A stretch of DNA of 40,275 bases from Sulfolobales archaeon (GTDB taxonomy: Archaea > Thermoproteota > Thermoprotei_A > Sulfolobales > NBVN01): NCBI GenBank assembly GCA_038841535.1, contig JAWBTQ010000011.1, positions 1 to 40,275 on the forward strand, read 5' to 3'. Position numbers and translations under genes: made by a program. Shown here in pieces: positions 1 through 8,499 of this stretch. The notes below the pieces were generated by a model. That model was not told the DNA's origin. It was given only the letters and a program-made list of their open reading frames with translations, and ran no database searches. Within the stretch, counting starts at the first letter, position 1; every line of letters begins with the position of its first letter.

Positions 1-61
1 GAAGTTTAAGCAACGTTACCTGTTCAAGGCCGCTTTCAATAAGTTTCCATACGTTTTTGAA

Positions 62-311
62 TCGTTTGTCCCCGGATATTCATTCTTTTGTGTCTAGAGA
101 CTTCCGCATCACTTACTTGGATTTCTATATCCACTCAGATTCATGAGTGGCTGTCGAACCCGACGGAACGGGCTCACACCTACATCTACTATTGAGTCAT
201 CCTTAGGTGTCTTAGAGCAGTAGTCAAATCACCACCCAGAGTCACACGACAAACCAAGCACATTACTATGAGAGAATCAGAACAAAAAGATTATGGCATT
301 CCACAGAGACA
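62..311 (-). mobile_element. Degenerate 3' end of a tnpB (IS200/IS605/IS607-type) element
   Basis: In frame after the agmatinase stop the minus strand reads CLCGMP*SFCSDSLIVMCLVCRVTLGGDLTTALRHLR, resembling the TnpB CPxCG...CxxC...DRDxxAxxNL C-terminus. It is followed by AGATGTAGG and two hairpins (CCACTCA-gattca-TGAGTGG at 131-150; CTGTCG-aacc-CGACGG at 151-166). Boundaries approximate. Confidence 0.55.
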
Positions 312-1217
312 TCAAGAAGAAAACAACCCAGCCATAAACTCTATCACCACTCTAGCAGCCAGCATAGACGTTATCATCGAGGGGTCATACGGTGGCGTAA
401 CTTCGACGACGTCCATCGCTATAAACTTGTTGTTCGTAATCTCGTACAGCAAGTCTAGAAAATCTGAGGGGAATAAACCGTCGGGTTCTGGCGTTGCCAC
501 CCCGGGTGCGAATGCTGGGTCAAATACGTCCATATCCACAGAGAGGTATATCTTACCGCAACTGCCGGTAAAGTCTTGAAGCAGGCTTGCAGAGTGTTTA
601 ACGCCAGCTTTCTTTACGGACCTAGACGTGAGAAAGTGCATTCCAGAGTTTCTCAGTCTTTCGTATTCGACCCCACTTACTGCTCTAGTTCCTATTAAGT
701 AAATGCGATCTTTACCCATAAAGTCGAGTAATCTGCTGACGACACAAGCATGGTTATACCTTGTGCCTGAGTACTCCACTCTAAGGTCAGCGTGAGCGTC
801 GAACACTAGGACACAGGAATCCCTACTAAAAACCTCTGTAACTGCTCGAACGGTTCCAATAGTTAGAGTGTGTTCTCCTCCAAGAAACACAGGTATTCTG
901 TTATTCATTAGTAGGTACTCCGAAACAGTCTTTATGACATCGAGAGCCTTTAGAACTCCGTCTTGTGGCAGGATAACGTCTCCTTCGTCAACATATAGAA
1001 AGTCTTCAACATTCACACCGAACCTCATCGAAAAGTACTCCAAGTTCTGAGCAGCTACTCTAATGCTCAGCGGAGCCATCCTGTATCCAGACCTAAAAGA
1101 TGAGGTCACATCTAGGGGGATCCCTAAGATGCTAAAAGGAGTCTTATCTCTCCTACCGTTGTAGCCACCGAATGCATACGGAGACCTGATGAGGAAGAGC
1201 TCGACTTCGTTGCTCAA
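312..1217 (-). CDS. speB: Agmatinase (ureohydrolase/arginase family)
   Basis: GGEHT, DAHAD, SVDMDVFDPAFAPG and DVVEVTPPYD motifs; TTG start. Confidence 0.92.
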   Translation of the reverse strand: MSNEVELFLIRSPYAFGGYNGRRDKTPFSILGIPLDVTSSFRSGYRMAPLSIRVAAQNLEYFSMRFGVNVEDFLYVDEGDVILPQDGVLKALDVIKTVSEYLLMNNRIPVFLGGEHTLTIGTVRAVTEVFSRDSCVLVFDAHADLRVEYSGTRYNHACVVSRLLDFMGKDRIYLIGTRAVSGVEYERLRNSGMHFLTSRSVKKAGVKHSASLLQDFTGSCGKIYLSVDMDVFDPAFAPGVATPEPDGLFPSDFLDLLYEITNNKFIAMDVVEVTPPYDPSMITSMLAARVVIEFMAGLFSS

Positions 1218-1469
1218 GTCTACACCCAGCTACCATGGATCTACATAGATTTAAGCTGAGGTTACACCACTTAGAAATCTCTTAGCACTCAAACGAATTC
1301 GCAGAGTTTTCCAGATATCCGCACTTCTCTGTGAATACAGCGTGCTCGCTTACAAAAGCATCGCTCTTTAATATGCTGAAGGCGTTAGCAAGGTCTAGAA
1401 AACTTAAAGTTTTTTAGTTAAAGTAAAACTTCGAGCTTGCTGGATCGAAAGCGAATCCTTGCTTTAAAC

Positions 1470-2117
1470 TCATATAATACTAATCACTAGCGGCAAAATA
1501 ATCGGTATTATGAGCGTTAGTACTGCACCATGTACGAAAGCGAGGAGAGACACCTTAGGACCTCCGAACCTGTGTATGATCGGGAGAGTTGTGTCCATAG
1601 TAGTCGCACCCCCCATCGAAATCCCACTAGCCAACAACTTTTCAGGAAGCAAGGGGTAGATAGCGAAGGTTAGAAGCTCTCTCAGTAGGTTCGATGTGAA
1701 GCCGAGAAAACCTAGAAAGTAGCTGTGCGTGCTTAGTAGAACCCCAGTGAATGTGTACCACCCCATTCCAAGAGAAATAGCGGTGCTGTACTTCACTACG
1801 CAGATAAGACTAAAGCAGCCCACCTCGTCCAAGGAACTACTTAACGCTATCGCTACTCCTGAGAGTAGTCCTCCTATGGCCGACCCGATTACGGTGGAGA
1901 AGAGTAACCTAGCTACTTTACCAGCAAGAGCGGAAGCTTCCCGTAACTTGCCTAGCTCGTCAGATACAGATATTCCTATAAAAAATAGGAGGAGGTACAG
2001 CAGTCTTTCAAGCCATAACCGCGTAATTGCTTCTTCTAAGTTAAGAACGGCACTAACCGCAAGACCCGAGAAAAAGAACACCAGCAGCAGAGCCGACTGT
2101 TTACTCACTTCGTCCAC
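1470..2117 (-). CDS. LysO/DUF340 family exporter, large subunit
   Basis: Multi-TM protein with GMGWYT, NLLRE and GGATTMDTTLP motifs typical of LysO. Confidence 0.85.
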   Translation of the reverse strand: MDEVSKQSALLLVFFFSGLAVSAVLNLEEAITRLWLERLLYLLLFFIGISVSDELGKLREASALAGKVARLLFSTVIGSAIGGLLSGVAIALSSSLDEVGCFSLICVVKYSTAISLGMGWYTFTGVLLSTHSYFLGFLGFTSNLLRELLTFAIYPLLPEKLLASGISMGGATTMDTTLPIIHRFGGPKVSLLAFVHGAVLTLIIPIILPLVISII

Positions 2118-2400
2118 CTGAGAGCACTACAGCTAGTAGTAGGGAGGTGAAAGTAGGTGCTAACGCTAAGAGCACGACCTTAGCAACGACTCCCAGTATT
2201 GCTAGTGCATCGCATGTTTCCGACCTAGAGCTCGGCACTGTAGAAAACAACACTTTACCCGAGTTAAGTCCGACTAGAAAAACAAGTCCGTATATTAGTG
2301 CAGAGAGGCCCATATCTACGTATCTCTTTATCTTTCTACTTCTGAAGAGTAGCCCGATAGCAACTCCTACTGCTAGGTAGACATATATCAGGACACTCAT
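2101..2400 (-). CDS. LysO family small membrane subunit (corresponds to N-terminal part of LysO)
   Basis: About 3 TM helices, LVFLVG motif; overlaps both ADH and the LysO large gene. Confidence 0.7.
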   Translation of the reverse strand: MSVLIYVYLAVGVAIGLLFRSRKIKRYVDMGLSALIYGLVFLVGLNSGKVLFSTVPSSRSETCDALAILGVVAKVVLLALAPTFTSLLLAVVLSGGRSE

Positions 2401-3581
2401 GTCTTATGCCCCGCGAGTGCTTCGAGATACAGCATCCTGATTAAGTCTCGGCTTACATCGGTCGGTGACAGCTCGAGAAGGTACGTCATGGACTTGAGGG
2501 CTGTCTCAGACACTCTCCCAGCCATTTCAGCTGTGAACCCGTAATCTGCGAGAGACTCTCTGAAGCCTACTTCTCTCTGAAACTTCCGAACAGCCTCAGC
2601 AGCTTTTTCAGCGTCACCAGAGTCCGGGTTTAGAGAGTGGTCTAGGTGTTTGAGTAGCTCGTAGAGCACTTCGGGCACATGTCTGTACAGTATTCTAATA
2701 GCTGCTGGACCGATAGAAGCTAACCCAGATCCGTGAGCTAGAGAGGGCTCTAAACCACTCAGAACATGCTCTACAGCGTGGATCAAGTGAGTTCTCGAGT
2801 TATCGACGGCTATCCCAGCTAGAGCAGACGCGTAGAGTAGCCAGTATCTAGCTTCTATGTCGTAAGGTTTTTTAACTGCTACAGGTAGCCACCGCACTAT
2901 CAGTTGTACAGCCACCTCGCACAGGGTCCTGGTAAATGGGGACGACGCCTTGCTAGACGAGGCTTCAAGAGCATGATAAAAAGCATCTAAAGCTGTGTAG
3001 ATAGTCTGGTTATTAGGTAGGGTAGTAAGATACCTAGGGTCGTCAACAGCTATAGATGGATATAGATAGTCGCTGGCTATGCTGACCTTTTCACTAGTTT
3101 CGTCGATCGTAGCAACAGCTATTCTATTTAACTCGCTTCCAGTGCCATGTGTTAGATTTACTGCTACAACTTCCAATGATCCACACACGTCTCTCGCTCT
3201 TCTAAGGTATTCCGAGGCCCTACCTCCGCAGGAGGTGATGACTGAAGCTATTTTAGCGGAGTCTATAACGCTTCCGCCTCCTATAGCTACTACAACCTCG
3301 GCTCCAGACCTCCAGATCTTTTCAGCAATAGAGTCAACTAGAGATGCTGTAGGATTAGCTACCACTCCATCGAAAACCTCGTATTCCACCTTATTTTGAG
3401 TAAGATAGCTTGTTATTTCACTTAGTGCTCCACTAACTTTCGCGGCGCTTCTACTGGTCACCACATACGCTCTCCTAATTCTAGAGAGCCGCTCCCGCAG
3501 AGAGGAGGCAGAGTTCGGACCGAAGTAGACCAGCGTCTTGCCATACCTTAAAGTAAATCTATCGATCTTCACGTAAAGCAC
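2397..3581 (-). CDS. Iron-containing alcohol dehydrogenase
   Basis: GGGSVIDSAK, THGTGSE, and metal-ligand motifs DAFYH, HAVEH, AHG. Confidence 0.92.
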   Translation of the reverse strand: MLYVKIDRFTLRYGKTLVYFGPNSASSLRERLSRIRRAYVVTSRSAAKVSGALSEITSYLTQNKVEYEVFDGVVANPTASLVDSIAEKIWRSGAEVVVAIGGGSVIDSAKIASVITSCGGRASEYLRRARDVCGSLEVVAVNLTHGTGSELNRIAVATIDETSEKVSIASDYLYPSIAVDDPRYLTTLPNNQTIYTALDAFYHALEASSSKASSPFTRTLCEVAVQLIVRWLPVAVKKPYDIEARYWLLYASALAGIAVDNSRTHLIHAVEHVLSGLEPSLAHGSGLASIGPAAIRILYRHVPEVLYELLKHLDHSLNPDSGDAEKAAEAVRKFQREVGFRESLADYGFTAEMAGRVSETALKSMTYLLELSPTDVSRDLIRMLYLEALAGHKT

Positions 3582-3675
3582 CGAGACTTTCTAATGCACT
3601 CCTGAGTAATTAATAATGATATAATTATCAGCCCTCACACGGTTCGTCACACGTCAGCTCCGAAGAACTACATCA

Positions 3676-3717
3676 TGTCTGCTCGCTCTTATATATTGTC
3701 TGCTCACTTTTATATAT
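3676..3717 (+). repeat. Tandem 21-bp duplication, each copy ending in a TATA-like box, upstream of PCNA
   Basis: TGTCTGCTCGCTCTTATATAT (3676-3696) and TGTCTGCTCACTTTTATATAT (3697-3717), 19/21 identical. Confidence 0.75.
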
Positions 3718-3731
3718 CTTGGAATAACGAT

Positions 3732-4475
3732 ATGACAGAAGGGTACTTAGCTAGCTTCGAGTATCCCTCTGCAAAGGTCTTCGTTACTCTACTTGAGGCT
3801 GTTGGCGAGGTTGCCGACGAAATCCTCATGAAGTTAAGTGCCGAAAGCTTGCGAATCAGGGCTCTCGACCCAGCAGGATTATCTCTCATAGACCTAGAGA
3901 TCCCATCTACGGCATTTACGACTTACAACATAAGGTCTCAAGAACTTAGTGTGGGAGTGAACCTCAGTTCTCTCCTGAAGGTTCTCCCGAAGCCTAGGAA
4001 AAGCGATGTAGTTAAGTTCTCGGCTAATGAGATGTTTTATCGAATAACTATTGAGGGAGCTATACCGAAGTCGTTTAAGTTTAGGTCGATCGAGGTTCCA
4101 GCTGAGGAAGTTCCTGAATTAAGCCTCGAGTTTAAAGTGAGGGCCGTGATCCTCTCGAACGCCTTTAGGCAGGCTATGGCAACCCTCAAGGGAGTGGGTA
4201 CGATAGAAATAGAAGTTCCGTCAGCGGACTATATTATGCTAAGGGGAGGCGGTTCCACCGTAAAGCTATCTAGGGTAGCTGGCTCCATACTCGATATACA
4301 GTTTGAAGAAAGCGTTAAATCGGCTTACGAAGAAAACTACTTAAATAAAATAAGCCCACTACTTGGTTTAACAGATAGTTTAGAGTTTTCTCTGAGTTCC
4401 TCGAAACCTCTCAGCACAGTTTTCAGACTTCCTGGAGAAGTTTTGGTAAGGTATGTATTGGCTCCGCAGGTGTAA
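3732..4475 (+). CDS. pcn: DNA polymerase sliding clamp (PCNA paralogue)
   Basis: LRIRALDP...LIDLEIP...F, VGVNL and C-terminal YVLAPQV. ATG 3732 preferred over 3675 because the upstream part is promoter sequence. Confidence 0.88.
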   Translation: MTEGYLASFEYPSAKVFVTLLEAVGEVADEILMKLSAESLRIRALDPAGLSLIDLEIPSTAFTTYNIRSQELSVGVNLSSLLKVLPKPRKSDVVKFSANEMFYRITIEGAIPKSFKFRSIEVPAEEVPELSLEFKVRAVILSNAFRQAMATLKGVGTIEIEVPSADYIMLRGGGSTVKLSRVAGSILDIQFEESVKSAYEENYLNKISPLLGLTDSLEFSLSSSKPLSTVFRLPGEVLVRYVLAPQV

Positions 4476-4518
4476 CAAAACTTTTTATACTTTACAGTGA
4501 ATTAAGTCGGGTTCCCGT

Positions 4519-4974
4519 ATGGGTAGTAGGATACTAGACGAAGTAGACGTAAAGGTATTAGAGATACTGCAGGAGAATGCTGACCTTACGTATGCTGAGA
4601 TAGCTCAGAGGGTCGGCGTAAGTCCATCGACTGTCTATATGAGGATAAAAAAGCTTAAGGAGCAGGGATTCATTAAGAGAATAGTGGCTGTAGTAAACCC
4701 AGAACTACTTGGATATAGGTTAAAGGCCTTAATCTTTCTATCGATAGACGTTAAGAAGTTTAATAAAGTGGTTGAAGCTTTAAGCTCGATACCTCAGGTT
4801 CGAGACATTTATGACGTTACTGGTGAGTGGACCCTGGTCTGTACTCTCTTAGTTAGAGACCATACAGAGTTATCTAAGGTACTAGATCTCGTAGGTTCTA
4901 TAGATGGTGTATTAAATACGTCAACACTTGTTGTACTAAGAACCATCAAGGAGAATAGCAAGGTGCTTCCTTGA
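4519..4974 (+). CDS. Lrp/AsnC family transcriptional regulator
   Basis: LDEVDVKVLEILQENA HTH and RAM domain with YDVTGEW. Confidence 0.93.
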   Translation: MGSRILDEVDVKVLEILQENADLTYAEIAQRVGVSPSTVYMRIKKLKEQGFIKRIVAVVNPELLGYRLKALIFLSIDVKKFNKVVEALSSIPQVRDIYDVTGEWTLVCTLLVRDHTELSKVLDLVGSIDGVLNTSTLVVLRTIKENSKVLP

Positions 4975-5483
4975 GGCCAAGATACGGATACGGTTTCTTC
5001 AGTGTAGACTCTACTGGGGAGTTTAGACAGAAAATTTTGTTTTTCTACTGGGACCCAGATAGAGAGCTTTATAAGTCTACTTCAACCCCGCTCGGGAGAA
5101 AACTCGAGGTGGAGACTATGAAGATGAATATGCAGACTTTCGTAGATTCGGAGAGAATCTTAGTAAATAGAAAAAGCGTTAAAGCAAGAGTACTACACGT
5201 CGATATAGGTTTTATATCGTCAAAGAAAAGACCGTACGTTGAGTTTTTAATAGCCTTCAAGGGTGACTTAGTGAGAGGAGTTAACACTTATGAGAACTAC
5301 TACGAAATAGAGAAAGTAGATTACGACTATAGAGTTATGTGGACTTTCCCCGAGAACTTCAAGGTTATAAGAGCAGAACTAGGCTTTCCGCACGAAGTCG
5401 TTGACGATAGGATTATAGTCTTTAATGTAGAAAAGGGTGCTGAGACTCCTGGATATGAGATTATCGAGTTTCTAGCTCCATAG
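4971..5483 (+). CDS. Hypothetical protein (beta-rich)
   Basis: 170-aa ORF coupled to Lrp by a TTGA overlap; protein-like composition. Confidence 0.7.
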   Translation: MRPRYGYGFFSVDSTGEFRQKILFFYWDPDRELYKSTSTPLGRKLEVETMKMNMQTFVDSERILVNRKSVKARVLHVDIGFISSKKRPYVEFLIAFKGDLVRGVNTYENYYEIEKVDYDYRVMWTFPENFKVIRAELGFPHEVVDDRIIVFNVEKGAETPGYEIIEFLAP

Positions 5484-6522
5484 CTGCTTTCCTGTAATAC
5501 TGTAGCGGGGTTCTAGTACCACACTCAGCTATGCAGAGTCCCAGTGATCTCATCTTATCGCAGCTATACATTCTGTATCTCTTCCTGCCTCCACGTAAGC
5601 CGGCTAGGTGTTCTACTTGATATCTAGCTATCTTTTCTTCAAAGTCTGGCGAGGTCCTAAAGGTATCTACCACTTCATCAACACTGTATCCTACAGATAA
5701 CATGAATGTTGCTAAAGCAAAGCGTTGATGGTGGCTTAAGTGTTCCCCCCTGATTAACAATTCCTTGAGCTTATTTATACATGGCGGAAAGGCTCTTTCA
5801 ACTCTCTCTGGTGTTGCTTTTCTCTCTCTTTCTAATACCTCCTTCGGCACTAAAGATCTGACTGCACCTAGGTGATCTTTCAGTAACTCACCGATGAACT
5901 CTGCTGAAAAGACAGCTCCGTAATCAATTACTCTCTTCTTGACTTCTTCTTCAGCTAATCTAGCTAAGTCCTTCTTACCCAGGAAGACGTAACCTTTAAG
6001 CACTAGTCTATTAACTAGCTTCCAGCTGGGCTCGGTGAGAAGTTTCTCGGCATACCTAAGGTACTTAGGGATAGTGACTCTATAGGGGTAGCACGCTATT
6101 ACTTCACTCGTCCCAGACCTAGCAAGGAGTACCTTGTGACCGCATCCATCTTCCTCCCCTACGTACTCAACTTCAATACCTAAGTTTTTCAATACGTTTA
6201 CAACATCCCTATCTCTTTCCCTAGCTATCTCTAGTGCTACTCGCTTACCTTCATGATCTGCCAACCTCCTTAGTAGCCAACCGTGAGCATGTTTAGCGAG
6301 CGCTATGGCTAAGTAGAAGCTGGGAAGCTCTATTGACGGATCATCGCTAGGTACATAGTAGGACCCTCTTACAGCGTTTTCTATTCTTAGTACTGCCCGA
6401 TCGGCAAAGCTCTTCATGTAATCTACTAGGTCGCTTATACTGGAAATACCGACATCTAAAACTTTAGGCAAGTTCTCCGGGGCTACTAAGACTGGGTACT
6501 TAGAGTAAATAGGTCTTCTCAA
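5461..6522 (-). CDS. priL: DNA primase large subunit
   Basis: WKLVNR...GYV, FPPCI, HLSHHQRFALATF, YQVEH and C-terminal Fe-S cysteines (SCDKMRSLGLCIAECG). Confidence 0.93.
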   Translation of the reverse strand: MRRPIYSKYPVLVAPENLPKVLDVGISSISDLVDYMKSFADRAVLRIENAVRGSYYVPSDDPSIELPSFYLAIALAKHAHGWLLRRLADHEGKRVALEIARERDRDVVNVLKNLGIEVEYVGEEDGCGHKVLLARSGTSEVIACYPYRVTIPKYLRYAEKLLTEPSWKLVNRLVLKGYVFLGKKDLARLAEEEVKKRVIDYGAVFSAEFIGELLKDHLGAVRSLVPKEVLERERKATPERVERAFPPCINKLKELLIRGEHLSHHQRFALATFMLSVGYSVDEVVDTFRTSPDFEEKIARYQVEHLAGLRGGRKRYRMYSCDKMRSLGLCIAECGTRTPLQYYRKAAMELETR

Positions 6523-6605
6523 ACACCCTACTCCATCATAGCATACTTAATTAAAGTTATAAGCACATTAAAAACCTCAGGTAAACTCTAGTTAGGTGTA
6601 AAGCC

Positions 6606-8342
6606 ACGGGGAACTGGATAGTAACATCTGCTTGGCCGTACGTTAACGGAGTTCCCCACCTAGGTACTCTAGTAGGTAGCGTATTGTCAGCTGACGTATT
6701 CGCAAGATACTTAAGGATGAGAGGACATAGAGTAATCTTTGTAAGCGGGAGCGACGAGCATGGCACGGTTATTGAGATAGAGGCGAGAAGAAGGGGGTTC
6801 GAGCCTAGAGCGTTCACAGACCAAGCGCATGAGTATATAACACGTATCTGGAGACTGTGGAGTATATCTTTTGATAACTACACCAGGACAGAATCTGAGA
6901 TACACAAAGACTTTGTTCAAGGTTTTCTCTTAGATGTTGAGAGAAACGGGTATATCGAGACGCACGATCAGTTTACTGCGTGGTGCCCTAGAGACAAGCA
7001 GTACCTAGCTGATAGATTTATAGTAGGAACGTGTCCCTACTGCGGATACGAAGACTCTCGAGGAGATCAGTGCGATAAATGTGGTAGAATACTAGATCCA
7101 GAACTTTTAGTCAATCCTAGGTGTGCTCTTTGTGATGGTAGGCCGGTGTTTGTGACAAGAAAACACTGGTTCTTTAGGCTCGACAAGCTAAGCGACGTAA
7201 TCTACGAGTGGCTAAAGAACCACAAGCTACTTCAAGATAACGTCAAGAGCTACTCTATTTCCTGGATTAAATCTGGTTTAGAGCCGAGAGCTATTACTAG
7301 AGACGTTAAGTGGGGTATACCGGCCCCCTTTAAAGGCGCAGAAGATAAGACTATCTACGTATGGTTTGACGCACTATTAGGGTATGTATCGGCTACTAAG
7401 GAGTTTTTCTCGAAGTCCGGAAACTCTGATGAGTGGTTAAAACTTTGGTTAAGTTCGGACACAATGACAGCCTACTTCATAGGTAAAGACAACATACCGT
7501 TCCACGCAATCATATTCCCGGCACTGATCATAGCATCTGGCAGGGGGTACAAGCTCCCGGATGTTATATCTGCTACTGAGTACCTGCTGTACGAAGGAGA
7601 GAAATTCAGCAAGAGTAGGAGGGTAGGTGTGTGGGCTGATGAAGCAGTCGAGATCTTTAGTGAGGTTGACTATTGGAGATACGCATTAATGAGGATGAGG
7701 CCGGAAGATAAGGATACTAGTTTTAAGTGGAGTGAGTTCGTTAGAATAGTAAACAGCGAACTAAACGACGATATAGGTAACTTCGTACATAGGACTCTAA
7801 CGCTTATATGGAGACATTTCAGTGGCGATGTACCTGAATTCAGTAAGGTGACGGAGGTAGACGTCGAGATGATTAAAGAGCTTGAAAGAGGCTGGAACCT
7901 TTATACTCAGCACATGGACAAAGCTGAAATAAGACCAGCTACTGAAGTAATTATAGAACTCGCTAGACTGGGGAACCAGTACATAACCAAGAAAGCTCCA
8001 TGGTTTAAAATACGAGAGGACCTTGAGGACGCTAAGACCACACTCCACGTATGTTTTAAGCTGAGTCTTTACCTAGCAACAATGCTTTATCCTGTAATGC
8101 CTAAGAGCTCGGCAACCCTCCTAGAGACCATGGGTGTAGAGAATAGTAGCAATTTGATCGTAAGCGATGGACCTACTGAGTTAATCAAGATTAAACACCG
8201 AATTAAAGAGCCTAGGGTAGTCTTCACTAAAATACCTAGAGAACTCACTAGAGCCCTACTCGACCCGGGCGAAAGAGAGAGATTGCTGAATTCTATAAGG
8301 GAGAAAATAAATATGCAGAGACCTGAGGCACTCAGATTCTAG
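6606..8342 (+). CDS. metG: Methionyl-tRNA synthetase; probable non-canonical ACG start
   Basis: In-frame WIVTSAWPYVNGVPHLG (HIGH region) lies upstream of the ORF-track TTG at 6684. Also Zn knuckles, YVWFDA and KFSKS. There is no ATG/GTG/TTG between the in-frame TAA (6582-6584) and the HIGH motif. Confidence 0.93.
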   Translation, partial: TGNWIVTSAWPYVNGVPHLGTLVGSVLSADVFARYLRMRGHRVIFVSGSDEHGTVIEIEARRRGFEPRAFTDQAHEYITRIWRLWSISFDNYTRTESEIHKDFVQGFLLDVERNGYIETHDQFTAWCPRDKQYLADRFIVGTCPYCGYEDSRGDQCDKCGRILDPELLVNPRCALCDGRPVFVTRKHWFFRLDKLSDVIYEWLKNHKLLQDNVKSYSISWIKSGLEPRAITRDVKWGIPAPFKGAEDKTIYVWFDALLGYVSATKEFFSKSGNSDEWLKLWLSSDTMTAYFIGKDNIPFHAIIFPALIIASGRGYKLPDVISATEYLLYEGEKFSKSRRVGVWADEAVEIFSEVDYWRYALMRMRPEDKDTSFKWSEFVRIVNSELNDDIGNFVHRTLTLIWRHFSGDVPEFSKVTEVDVEMIKELERGWNLYTQHMDKAEIRPATEVIIELARLGNQYITKKAPWFKIREDLEDAKTTLHVCFKLSLYLATMLYPVMPKSSATLLETMGVENSSNLIVSDGPTELIKIKHRIKEPRVVFTKIPRELTRALLDPGERERLLNSIREKINMQRPEALRF

Positions 8343-8499
8343 TAGCACCATATTCCTACCTAGCTACTTTATTTACCGAGATGCTGGATCTTACTGGAGT
8401 ATTCTTGTCTCCTGTCTGGCATAATACGGGGCATACAACTATAGACTTAGGTATGGGTAGTACGTCTCGGCATCTGTTGGGGCTTAACTACAGTATAGC

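Noticed and set aside
3675-3731. N-terminal extension of PCNA (MSARSYILSAHFYISWNND)
   Set aside because: It is the translation of the duplicated TATA promoter; ATG 3732 gives a normal PCNA length.
6684-8342. ORF-track start of MetRS at TTG 6684
   Set aside because: It would delete the HIGH motif, which is present in frame upstream.
8343-8499. Cys-containing reading (PKSIVVCPVLC) between metG and glyS
   Set aside because: No start, in-frame stops, and too little similarity to call a gene or relic.
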